DNA of 63,218 nt, filler included, from Octopus bimaculoides (Eukaryota): NCBI RefSeq assembly GCF_001194135.2. It is 5 parts of 4 records of this genome, joined end to end, with 100 filler letters (N's around TTAATTAATTAA, not from the genome) between each part and the next. Parts side by side here need not be neighbours in the genome. Positions count along the whole stretch, not along the records: positions 45,992 to 58,507 come from NC_068998.1; positions 58,608 to 61,901 come from NC_068983.1; positions 62,002 to 63,218 come from NC_069003.1; 2 more parts are not named here. One strand, 5' to 3'. The translations under genes were made by a program, and so were the position numbers. Below the pieces are notes generated by a model. It ran no database searches. It was not told where the DNA came from and was given only the letters and a program-made list of their open reading frames with translations. This document shows positions 51,849 to 63,218 of this stretch, one piece after another. Numbering within the stretch: the first letter of the stretch is position 1; each line of letters begins with the position of its first letter.

Positions 51849-52598
51849 CTGGTGTATTGAATATTAATATAAGAATAAAAACAGAATAAGAATAAATAAA
51901 AATAAATAAAAATAGAAATTGTTGAAAGAAGGAACAATTTCAGAGATGTAGATTATATAAAATCAATTATAAAATTAAATTGCTAAAAATATAATTTTGT
52001 GTAATATAAATTTGAAAATGAGTAAAACTTCGACCTCGGCGAAATTTAAATCAGAAACTTAGCTACTGGTGAAATACCGCTAAATATCTTTTCCAGCTCG
52101 CTAAAATTCTGCCCGCATCGTCGTTTTATTCACAATGATAATAATAATGATAAATAAATGCAATGGAAGTAATATGATTAAGTAATAATAATAAAAATAA
52201 TAAAAGATTTTAATAAAAAAATAAAACAGATTACTAAAAAATCCATTCGGGTATTTGATATTTTGAAAACACATTTGGGGCGATTGTAGATGCACTTTTA
52301 TAGATGTGCATTAAAAAATCAACTTTGAGAGGTATCTTATGGGCTAAATTGCAATGTAATGAATTATATGGTTTAAAAAGGTACATTTAAAAGTAATAGC
52401 TTCAAGAAAATAATGAAAATAAAAATGATAAAAATAAAAATAATATAAAAATAGAAATATATAGTTTTCTTGAAAGGCGAAAATGTTATACTAAATGTAT
52501 AACATTTTTAGATGAAAAAGTCAAATTTTAGATGAAAAAGTCAAATTCAAATGCGAAAGTCAATGTTACCCATACGGTATTTTTTCACTCGACATTTT

Positions 52599-53410
52599 TT
52601 ACTTCGTGGCATGTATTCAGGAATTTATAAGCTCCCGTCTTTGGTTCAGTGCGTATTTATCCCGGAGCAGAATGACAAACTTTTCAGTCAGGCTCAAATT
52701 GCACCTCATTGGACCTCTATATGCTCCATGTTTATATGATGCTGCATTCTCCAAGATTGTCCAGTTGATTTTGAAAGGATGGGTATCATTTTCTTTCAAT
52801 TGCCAGACATGTTTAGCGAGACTCGTTGTTGTCTTATTTTCAGGGTATCGAAATGAATTTCGACGGGAATATAATCTAGTCTTGAAGAATTTTCTCGAGG
52901 CTCCTGTATATGTCTTGTATTCTTGTGAGCCGTCTATTTGCACCTCAGCTCTATATACCATTCCTTTCTCTAGACAATTCCCTCCTAGCGGACAGTAACT
53001 TTGTCCTTTACAATTACAATTCTTATTACTATTTTCGGCACTGTGGTTACATCTAATGGTTTTCACGTTGTGCTGGTTAATTAAAGAATAGCTAACCTTC
53101 AATGTTCTCATATGAAAAGTTCTATAGAACTTATGATTTGCTTGAAAGTGCTTAGAAACTAGTTTTAAAAATTCCCTACCTATACTGGTTTTTACGGCAA
53201 TGTTAAATGTCGGATTAAACCACAAAACTTTCCTAGTTCTAGTTCTACGTGTTCTATAATTGTTGTGCTTTGACTATACTGGATCTTCTCCGAGAATCCG
53301 CTGTTTCTTAATGCATTATACGGCGCGGCATTTTGAAACACTGTCTCGTTTGAAGATGTGGATGTTATGCGCCTTCCTATATTACAAACTAGATTCTTAA
53401 GTGTTACAGG
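52599..53410 (-). pseudogene. PLE RT thumb, CxC linker and C-terminal GIY-YIG endonuclease (Hydra-clade-like), decayed
   Basis: RRITSTSSNETVFQNAAP..ALRNSGF / WFNPTF..KTSIGREFLKL / CNC..YCPLGGNCL..VYRA..KTYTG..FKTR..TTSLAKHVWQLK..CNLSLTEK..LNQRRELINS. Confidence 0.88.
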
Positions 53411-53478
53411 TGCATACATATATACTTATATGTGCGTGTGTATGTGTGTATGTGTGCACGCGCGCACACACACATATA

Positions 53479-54465
53479 CAGTGGGGGAAAATGAATATTC
53501 GTGCATGTCAAAATTCTTTATTTATTTAATTTCTAATGAGCATAAATGGGATATACCAATACTATATTTGCACACACATACATAAACTAAGAATATGCAA
53601 AAGAAACTAATAAATTATAGTAACTAATGAATTTATATACAAATATAAATATTTAGGGGGGAAAAAGTATTCGTACAGAACATAAATATCTGATAATTCT
53701 GATTTAATACTTCGTAGCATAACCATTATTCAGTTCCACTTCAACCAATCTCTTCTTGTAGTTCTTAATCAATGACTCGCATGTTTCTTTAGGAATTTTT
53801 TCCCATTCTTCTTGACAAATTTTCTTCAAATCTGGAATGCGCCTTGGAGCTCTTGAAAGAATTTTAATTTTCAAATAACGCCACAAATTCTCAATGGGGT
53901 TCAAGTCAGGTGACTGGCTTGGCCATTCTAATACTTTTATATTGTGATTGACAATCCATTCTTGGTAGACTTCGCCGTATGCTTAGGGTCGTTATTCTGT
54001 TGTAAAACTGGAGCTTTTCTACAGAGTCCCATAAATTATTGTTCAAAATATTTTGGTACATCTCTGCATTCATTCTACCATCTATCACATGTAAATTGCC
54101 AGTGCTATTTGCAGAGAAACATCCCTACACAATGATGTTGCCACCTCCAAACTTTACAGTAGGAATTGTGTTTTTCGGCGAATAGGTGGGACCATCTTTC
54201 ATCCTAACATGGCTACGTGAATTTCGTCCAAACACTTCAATTTTCGACTCGTCTGTCCAAAGAACATTTTCCCAGATTTATCTTTATGTTCATAAACAAA
54301 TTTTAAACGGGCATCTCTATGCCTTTTAGTCAACAGTGGAGTTTTTCTAGGAGAGCATGACTTCAGTTCATTCCTATGAAGTTCATTGCTGATTGTTCAT
54401 AGAGTAACACTAGTCCCTGAAGCTAACAAATCTTCTTGCAACTCCTTTCTGGTGATCATTGCGTT
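53479..54465 (-). pseudogene. DD34E Tc1 transposon, 5'-truncated, with its right terminal repeat
   Basis: TA-CAGTGGGGGAAAA terminus at 53477-53491. The minus frames give RKTPLLTKRHRDARLKF, VLWTDESKIE, TVKFGGGNIIV*GCFS, QNNDPKH and [15 protein letters not shown]...GYATKY. Confidence 0.93.
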
Positions 54466-56254
54466 TTTTTTTTTTTCGATACTTCACTTATATCTTTGAA
54501 TAAAAGAAGATATGGTAGAAAAATGGAATACAAAGGGTCTCTGATATTTTCCTGTAACTTTTACCTGCTTTCCNNNNNNNNNNNNNNNNNNNNNNNNNNN
54601 NNNNNNNNNNNNNNNNNNNNNNNNNNNNNNNNNNNNNNNNNNNNNNNNNNNNNNNNNNNNNNNNNNNNNNNNNNNNNNNNNNNNNNNNNNNNNNNNNNNN
54701 NNNNNNNNNNNNNNNNNNNNNNNNNNNNNNNNNNNNNNNNNNNNNNNNNNNNNNNNNNNNNNNNNNNNNNNNNNNNNNNNNNNNNNNNNNNNNNNNNNNN
54801 NNNNNNNNNNNNNNNNNNNNNNNNNNNNNNNNNNNNNNNNNNNNNNNNNNNNNNNNNNNNNNNNNNNNNNNNNNNNNNNNNNNNNNNNNNNNNNNNNNNN
54901 NNNNNNNNNNNNNNNNNNNNNNNNNNNNNNNNNNNNNNNNNNNNNNNNNNNNNNNNNNNNNNNNNNNNNNNNNNNNNNNNNNNNNNNNNNNNNNNNNNNN
55001 NNNNNNNNNNNNNNNNNNNNNNNNNNNNNNNNNNNNNNNNNNNNNNNNNNNNNNNNNNNNNNNNNNNNNNNNNNNNNNNNNNNNNNNNNNNNNNNNNNNN
55101 NNNNNNNNNNNNNNNNNNNNNNNNNNNNNNNNNNNNNNNNNNNNNNNNNNNNNNNNNNNNNNNNNNNNNNNNNNNNNNNNNNNNNNNNNNNNNNNNNNNN
55201 NNNNNNNNNNNNNNNNNNNNNNNNNNNNNNNNNNNNNNNNNNNNNNNNNNNNNNNNNNNNNNNNNNNNNNNNNNNNNNNNNNNNNNNNNNNNNNNNNNNN
55301 NNNNNNNNNNNNNNNNNNNNNNNNNNNNNNNNNNNNNNNNNNNNNNNNNNNNNNNNNNNNNNNNNNNNNNNNNNNNNNNNNNNNNNNNNNNNNNNNNNNN
55401 NNNNNNNNNNNNNNNNNNNNNNNNNNNNNNNNNNNNNNNNNNNNNNNNNNNNNNNNNNNNNNNNNNNNNNNNNNNNNNNNNNNNNNNNNNNNNNNNNNNN
55501 NNNNNNNNNNNNNNNNNNNNNNNNNNNNNNNNNNNNNNNNNNGAATGTCTCGTCAAATGGCCTACAAATGCATTGAAGAATGTGCATTAGACATTGTTAA
55601 CACAATCGACAGTCTGATCGGTTTGTGCAATGCAATTGTTCTTCTCTTGCAAAACCTCGTTTGGTGACAACCTGCAGTAAAATATTTTATACAAAAAACA
55701 TTGGTTTTTATGCGAAAACCTTTTTCTATATGAAGAAGTTTCAGTAATATATAATTCAGTTTCCGTGGGTGTATGTAAAATCTACTTTGTGAAAGAATTA
55801 AAAAGAACACTTGCTTTGTTTAAATGTGTGTGTGTGTCTGCGCGTGCGCGGATGCGTGCGTCTGTGTGTGTATTTGGATATATAATAAATGCATATGCTG
55901 TATACAAATACATATTCATGCACACACATACACACACGCATGTAGGTGTGTGTGCTTGTGTTAAGAGACTATTTGTAAAATAGTGCAGTTGTACAGAAGA
56001 GAGAACGAGTGAGAGAGAGTGTGAGGGACAGAGAGAGAGAGGGGGAGAGTGAGTGAGTGAGTGAGATTTCGAAAGAGGGCAAATAACCACTGCTGCCGAA
56101 GAGAAGCTGAAAATCTTCGAACTGAAATTATATAAAGAGATTGCTGCCAATCTATACTTTCAGCGCTTCGTGACTAATAATCTATTTTTATAAAATTTAG
56201 AGTATCTACCACAATTTAGGAGGCCTTTCTTTGATTTTTTTTTTTTACATTTTA

Positions 56255-56460
56255 ACTCTTTTATCTTTTCCTTGTTTTGTCATTAGACTTCGATTCTGCT
56301 GCGGCACCGTTTTGAAGACTTTTTTAGTCAAAGGAATCGACATCAGTACCTATAATTTTATCTTTAAGCTTACTTATTCTCTCGGTTTTCTTTTACCGAA
56401 GTGTTAAGTAACGGGGATGTAAACACACCAACACTAGTTGTCAAGCTCTGGTGAGGGCCA
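56255..56460 (-). mobile_element. Diverged SINE D tail
   Basis: TTTAACTCTTTTATCTTTT...AAGTAACGGGGATGTAAACACACCAACAC. Confidence 0.75.
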
Positions 56461-56849
56461 AAGACATACATACATACATACATATATACATACATTAGAG
56501 GAAATGGACAACAAAAACCAAGGCAGGACGAGTATCTCAAGTCATTTATAATAATTTAGGGTAATGTGAATTTGAAGCCTTACACCTGTTTCTGAGATGT
56601 CCCAAGTGATAAGCTAGCATGTCCATACACTGGGTATAGCGTCATCAGAGACAAGGTGAGTACGTATGAAAGTTCCAAGCAGGGAAATTCGCTGCTTACA
56701 GCTTATAAGGAATAAAATAAAAGAATATATATATATATATATATATANNNNNNNNNNNNNNNNNNNNNNNNNNNNNNNNNNNNNNNNNNNNNNNNNNNNN
56801 NNNNNNNNNNNNNNNNNNNNNNNNNNNNNNNNNNNNNATATATATATGC

Positions 56850-56962
56850 GACGAGCTTCTTTCAATTTCCGTCTCCCCATAAGCTTTGGGGTCACGCAAT
56901 GAGACTGAACCTGGAACTACGTAGTTGGCAAACAAGCTTCATACCACACAGCCACGCCTGCG
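56850..56962 (-). mobile_element. Internally deleted SINE C
   Basis: GAGCTTCTTTCAATTTCCGTCT...ACCACACAGCCACGCC. Confidence 0.75.
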
Positions 56963-57209
56963 CCTTTATTGAATTACAATTTAATTGCAAGGAAGCAAAA
57001 GCAGAAAGAGTAAAAACGGGCGTGATTCAGGAGGCAGACGGTAGAGAGGAAGCGGGGAGCAATGAGCAATGTAGTACAAGTAAAATATCTCACAAAACTA
57101 ATTTGAATTCCCAATATGTATGTATGTATGTATGTATGTAGATTAAAAGGATCATTCTGTCCAGTAATTGTGCGCATTGACTGTAGTTGAATTATTATTT
57201 TTTTTATGG

Positions 57210-57335
57210 TCTAGTGGTTAGCGTATCGACCTCTTGGTCATGACATTGTAGGTTCGATTCTTCGACTGAACAGCGTATTGTGGTGTTGTGCATGTTGCTT
57301 AATTTCACGTTGTTCCAGTCTACTGAGTTGAAAAT
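57210..57335 (+). mobile_element. Diverged SINE E head
   Basis: TGGTCTAGTGG (A box), GGTTCGATTC (B box) and TTTCACGTTGTTCCAGTCTACTGAG. Confidence 0.65.
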
Positions 57336-58171
57336 GAATGCCAACCGTCGATTGATGCTTTTCTCCCCCACCCCTACTAGTCTCTCTAGCTATCACATCC
57401 TAAATGTTCCGCTAGGTCAAAGTTGCGATGCGCGAGTGAATATCTATGTTTACTCGAAACTGCATAGATGACTGCAATTGACAAAAGCATAGTACTTACT
57501 ACCACGTCAAACAATGGCTACGCTCTTCTGCAACAGTATATTTATTTAGTAGCTTAATTGGATGGAAACCACGGAGCGAACTAGCATGCAACGTTGGAGA
57601 GCATTATAGGAAAAAACAAACATGTTCATTTAATTCTTAATGTGTAGGTCTTACTGATTCTACAAAAACTCCTCTACCGAGAGCAATTGCAGATCTAAAA
57701 TTAAACAACCCATCTGTAAACTTCAAAATCAGGGACGTGGTATGCAGCATGAGATGCATGGAAGTATATTGTTGAGATATAAATATAATATCAAAGAACA
57801 CGAACGTGAATATAACGAAACCAGCATCTATACACTCTATGTAGAAATGACAACAATGCCTCTTTTACTCCAGATTGATAAACAGCGTCGAAATAAAAAC
57901 GCTTTCTGTACATGTACACGGTCCGACACTCACACTATTCACCGAGGCAGTGTACATACTAGACGCAGAAGCTGCCGGAGTAAGATCTATAAGATCTGAC
58001 AATTCAACGAGGTAGTGTACTCAGTTTGTGTCTACTACGTACATAGTAGACACAGAAGGTGATTCTATCCATTCTATTAACAGAAAGAATGAGGAGAGGG
58101 TGCTAAAAACCCCCATCCTCTAACACCAGCCATAGTCCAGCCATAATTAAAGTATAATACAATGATCCTTT

Positions 58172-58381
58172 CAACAACAAAGGCAAGACCTGACATTTTG
58201 GGGGAGGCGGTAAGTCGATTACATCGACTCCGGTGCTCAACTAGTACTTATTTTACCGACCACGAAAAGATGAAAGGCAAAGTCGACCTCGGCGGAATTT
58301 GAACTCAGAACGTAACTACGGACGAAATACCGCAAAGCATTTTCCCCGGCGTGCTAACGATTCTGCCAGCTCGCCGCCTTA
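58172..58381 (-). mobile_element. Full SINE-A
   Basis: Reverse-complement SINE-A with intact boxes. Confidence 0.93.
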
Positions 58382-61300
58382 ATGGCAATGGTAATAATAG
58401 TAATGATAGTATTTACTATAAAGTGTCTTTAGCGCAATGTGGAGTAATCAATACTTTAGCACAATATAATTAATTAGTTACATTATACAATATAACTAAT
58501 TAACGATNNNNNNNNNNNNNNNNNNNNNNNNNNNNNNNNNNNNNNNNNNNNTTAATTAATTAANNNNNNNNNNNNNNNNNNNNNNNNNNNNNNNNNNNNN
58601 NNNNNNNGAGGGAGGGTGTGAAGGGAGGGAGGGTGTGAAGGGAGGGGAGGGGTACGAGGAAGGAGGGTAAATTTTGAAATGTAGATTCGGAATCTCTCTC
58701 CTCGATATAGTGTGTTCATGCAAAAATAAAACCCCGCAAAAATCGCAAAGGAGGTGCGGTCCATGATCTTTACCGCCGCCACATCCTTTTTATTCTAAGA
58801 ACACTACAGTTTTCTCTGTTCAGGCATCCAAAAGATCTTCTTTAGTGAAATTTAAAACTTTAATATCTTCAACTTTCTGTGATAATTTTACCCTCCTTTT
58901 CTTTCCTTTCCTTTCTTCCTGAATATTCAAAAATGTAAACATCCTCTTTATTGCATAAACACTAGTCTTTTCTGATCAGACATACGAACGAGCATCTCTA
59001 GAAAATTTTTGTATGAAAGTTTCATCTTTCTTTTCTCCCTGACTACCCCAATATGTAAACATACCTTGTATTGCAACAACGCGATTAAATGCCCGAAAAA
59101 TAAATTAAGGCGGTAAACACCTGCCAATATATTCAAACTAAATAATAACAAAAACTATAAAGAACAATAAAACTTGACCTCCGTTGACCCCAAGGGTGTA
59201 AGGCTTCTTTTGTCTCATGCCTACTGTTGATCTCCTTACCATCTGCCGAATGTATTTACAGACATTTAGAATTTGGTCTATTTACTAAGCTGCTTCTCTT
59301 TCTCCCACTCTCAAGACGGTTACAAAGTCAGTGATTGTGAGAGCACTTCAAATGACCAGTAAAGGAACTAAAAATTAGTTGAGAATGACCCCTGGATTAC
59401 CATTCATGCAAGGAGCGCAAAATATAGTATTAAGTATTAACTGCAAACGTAAACAGACTGTATATGGAAAGAAAGAACGGTGGTAGAGGACTGATTAGCG
59501 TAGACTACTGGACAAGGGGTGAAAGGAGAACGCTTGCCAAGTATTTGATAAATAGTGACGAAGGTCTGCTGCAATATACCGGGACCGTTATTATTATTGA
59601 TGATTTTAAATGCTATAGGTAGAACGATGGTGGTAATTATAATCCCTGTGGATATGGAGGCGACACAATGCAAGCACGTTATTTATATATATGAGTATGT
59701 ACATACATGTGCACGTGTATATACAAATAAAGAGAGGAAGAGAGAGATGGGATCTCGAGAAACCCCACGAATGACTCATGAAATCATGATGCAACACAAC
59801 AAGGAAAGAATTAACGGTGAGAATGAAGCTGTAGCCGATCATGATGAAGGTTTCCTGCCCGGCACATCCGAAACCGCCCGCATCAGCGGCAGTGATCTGG
59901 CCTCGGACATGTCACAACAGATCACATACACGGTGTGCGCAAAAACAGACATAAGTAGACGAAAGAAGAGTACGATGCACATTGAATGACATGAAAGAGC
60001 AAGGCTGGATGAAGTCGCGGAGTAGGCCGAGGTACCTTGAAATTTTAGATGGAAAACGACATGTGTCCAATGTCAGAAAATAAACTATTGAACCAAGTGT
60101 GAGCGATTAGGAGGAAGGATTACTTAACTGGAGTAGAAATATCTCAGATTAGTTAGAGTCTGAGAGACCCTACGGATGGGCAACAAAAGATGTATGTGTG
60201 TTTATTACTGTTTGTGAACTAGCAAGATAAGAGCGCTCAATACAGAGTGTGGAGTATATTGTTTATTTAAATTCAGCTCATCTATAGTTGACTTCCACTT
60301 CAAGTTTCTACGATTTTTAGACAATAACTTAAGCCTTTTGGGATATTAGTTTCTCTATAATTAGAAATTTCATTCACTGGTTTATGATAGTGCCCTGTTG
60401 AAGCGTGGACCAGTGGTCGTTGCTTCATTTTCCACTTAGTCGACTTGTTTTTCTGTATAGCATTTTTTAGACCCGGGTTTTATTTTAAAGGTTACTCTTA
60501 TAAATTTGTTCATCACTATTTTATTTCTCATTGTCCAGGTCCATAATCACCATCTTTCTATTTTTCTATTGTGTTACATTTGTTGGCTCTGTAGAGGTCC
60601 TGTATCTGCTTGGTGATTACGTTGTCCACATTCTGTTTTACCGAGGGTGTCCTGAATAATATATAAGCTATATTTTGTGTTTGAAGAACTCTTGGTGTTT
60701 GCATTATATTTTTATCATTTCTAAATCATCGTTCTTTGAATTAATTTCTGTTACTGCTTTTATGTCATCGGGTGTTTAATATATTTGAAGTTCTGACAAC
60801 TATACAAAAATAAATTTATTCTGGTCCCAGCAAAGTAGCAACATTTCGATTCTTCTGCTGAGTATGTAGTTTTGCAGTGATAAAATGTTGAAATCAATTT
60901 TGCGAAAAACAGATACAATACTGAAGAATGTCTGTATAAGTATGGAGATGTTTTATTTTCTGGCTTATATTCAAATTTATAGTATTTTCTTCCCACATAG
61001 TCAAATACGTTCGGAGAAAGGCGCAGCATTCTTTCGAAACGAATGCATGTTTAGTGCATAGAGTTTGGATGTTCTGTTTTGGTGTTTAGCTACAGGACCT
61101 ACTTTGCCACATTTGTTGAAACGAATATGGAGGTTAAGGGAGAATAATATAGAGGCAAGTATAATAATAATATTCACCATGACTACTCAGCACAAAATAA
61201 CGAGATAGAATGAATTTAAAAAAAAAGATATATGAGTAACTACAAAAAGATGGTAAACATCAAATAAAACAGTAGCCACAAAAAGCAGTGCATTTACTAA

Positions 61301-61851
61301 AATGAGAACTTCAACATAACAACAAAACTACCTAATCCACGCAAAAGAATGATAGCTTCGTGCAAGGTGATATTAAATGAAAAAAACACAAAAAGAGAAT
61401 AATTTAAAACATCTGTAACAACTATGCACATAAAACGATAATGTAAAGAAATAGGTAGACCTATAACTACAGTAAAACAGGATATGAGTGACGTAATCAA
61501 CGGATAAACAAAGCAACACTGCTGATCGAAACAATAAAGAAGCAATAAATAACGAACTCTAGCAAAACATGACATCTTCTTGAAAACCGGATTCGACTGT
61601 TCTCTTCTCCATCATCACGTAGCTACGACTTTCAGTCGACAACTATTTCCATTCTTTTGTTCTTCTATACTTACATCCGTCGGTTTCCCTGTTGTTTATA
61701 TGTATTATGTTTTTCAAATCACTTTAATCCGAAATATTTATATGATTATGAATATGAAAACACAAAACACAGACACAGACATACGCGAGCGCGCAAACGC
61801 ACACACGCACACACACACACACACACTACACAGGCACGCACAGAAACACTC

Positions 61852-61901
<50 letters not shown>

Positions 61902-62002
61902 NNNNNNNNNNNNNNNNNNNNNNNNNNNNNNNNNNNNNNNNNNNNTTAATTAATTAANNNNNNNNNNNNNNNNNNNNNNNNNNNNNNNNNNNNNNNNNNN
62001 NA

Positions 62003-62050
62003 GAAAAGGACTTTATTAAGAAATTCAAACCCACTCTTAACAAACAATGA
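62003..62050 (+). mobile_element. Last codons of a PLE GIY-YIG ORF emerging from a gap
   Basis: EKDFIKKFKPTLNKQ* matches the E..FI..FKP.LN terminus of PLE endonucleases; short evidence. Confidence 0.55.
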
Positions 62051-62607
62051 TTAAATTAATCTTACTTGGGGTTTAACAATCTTATCCGTATAACTAAAAC
62101 CACAAAAAATCTCTCAAATGTCATCATTTCTAAAAATAAACTTGGCATCATCTCTAAAAATAGCCAAACACCTACTGCTGCTGTCCAAAGGAATATGTGT
62201 AAAAGACAAAAGAACAGCCAGTCAACTACAGTACATCTGTCAGACGGGACCTTGATGACTGCCAGGTAAAGCTTGACTGATTGATGCCATCTTGGTTGGC
62301 GCTTGTCAGATGACGTCAAAGATCAAGGGGGAGATAAATGACATTCGTTACGTTAATTCTACGGTGAGACAAGAACTTTGGGACAAATTGGCCAACAGCT
62401 GGAATTCAATTTGGGACTGGAACAATAGAATGACTGCATTACACAATTAATTTTCATCCCTCATTAACCTCTGATCAAACACCACCGGGGCATATAGTCA
62501 TTATACACCTATTACAGACATGCTATTTAGCTCTCTTTAGTTTTGGGTCCCAGGCCCAATTTATGCTCTGCAGGAACTAATATACATACATAATATACAC
62601 ACATACA

Positions 62608-62760
62608 TACGAGGGGTGCTGAAAAGTTCCTGGCTTTAAGGTTGTCGCGAAAGTCCTGGTTGGAGGCCCAACCTTCCGTGTTCTTTTACAGGGCTTAGAA
62701 AAACTGAAGGACCGCTACATTTAATGTATGAATCTGAGAGGGGAATATGTTGGATAAAAT
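62608..62760 (+). mobile_element. Internally deleted mariner (left TIR plus the transposase C-terminal codons)
   Basis: TA-CGAGGGGTGCTGAAAAGTTCC mariner-type TIR; GLEKLKDR...NLRGEYV-like tail; no right TIR seen. Confidence 0.7.
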
Positions 62761-63218
62761 CATAATTAACTGATACCCCTGTATTTTCGTTATTTCTCCA
62801 TGTGCCTGTAAAATCTTGTATCCCGGCTGTAAGGCCTTATTTCCATATACGCCAGCTGAATTTTATTCGTCCTTAGTTGTTGTTATGTTGTTATGTTCCG
62901 TTATTATTTCTACTGTATTTGTGTAACATTGTTCGTTTTTTTTCCCGTCCTTGTTTTTGTATACATTTGCTGCTTTCTTCCAAGGAATCTAATGCTCTTA
63001 GCTTAGTTTTCCTTGGGGCTGGCCAAATTGGAGCAATATCGAGAATAACCAGCCGAAATTGCAAAGATAACCTGGATCTCGACTGAAGAGAGAAAACTCC
63101 GAATGACATGTCCGTGTTTTCTTTGTATCGTCTATCTGTATGTTTTGTCCCTTTCTTGTATCACCTAACTGTCTGGATGTTTTTTTCGTTCTTGTCTCTG
63201 TATTATATATATATATAT

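Noticed and set aside
52505-52546. Exact 20-bp tandem duplication (also at 51480-51520 and 20997-21038)
   Set aside because: Ordinary slippage duplications in AT-rich DNA.
58608-58655. G-rich 18-bp tandem (GAGGGAGGGTGTGAAGG) with G-quadruplex potential
   Set aside because: A short low-complexity repeat abutting an assembly gap, with no supporting context.
60300-61100. Possible PLE N-terminal region (KGLSYC motif, minus strand); similar AT-rich decayed frames at 28560-29560
   Set aside because: Only one short motif among many stops, which is insufficient to support a call.
63080-63115. CTGAAGA-GAG-AAAA-CTC-CGAATGACATGTC as an active hammerhead
   Set aside because: The GAAA box is disrupted and helix I does not pair; it is counted only as a possible decayed relic.

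Overview
This is AT-rich, microsatellite-saturated animal genomic DNA from a gappy draft assembly. The SINE complement and repeat density suggest a coleoid cephalopod, probably Octopus (inference, not checked by search). I find no convincing host protein-coding exon, rRNA, true tRNA gene or CRISPR array, and most ORFs in the track are microsatellite or N-gap artefacts. The window is a transposon graveyard. It holds more than 25 tRNA-derived SINE copies from at least four families (labelled A, B, C/D and E here; the labels are mine). It also holds decayed Penelope-like elements (PLEs) of several types, two R4/Dong-type RLE retrotransposon relics, a CR1-group LINE end and a probable RTE end. DNA transposon relics include a DD34E Tc1 with an IR/DR-type end, a DD37E (TRT-type) Tc1-like transposase, a mariner deletion derivative and a possible hAT relic. 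The most interesting signal is a dispersed set of type I hammerhead-ribozyme motifs. Five are near-intact (15445+, 19368+, 22856-, 48202-, 51185-), and about eight more are partial or decayed. They come from several unrelated short cassettes, most of which lie in or next to microsatellites. They have palindromic helix III, often a U4-to-C core change, and several sit at the apex or edge of fold-back inverted duplications. This looks like a population of PLE pseudo-LTR or retrozyme-like self-cleaving RNA elements. All calls were made by eye; coordinates of decayed elements are approximate.
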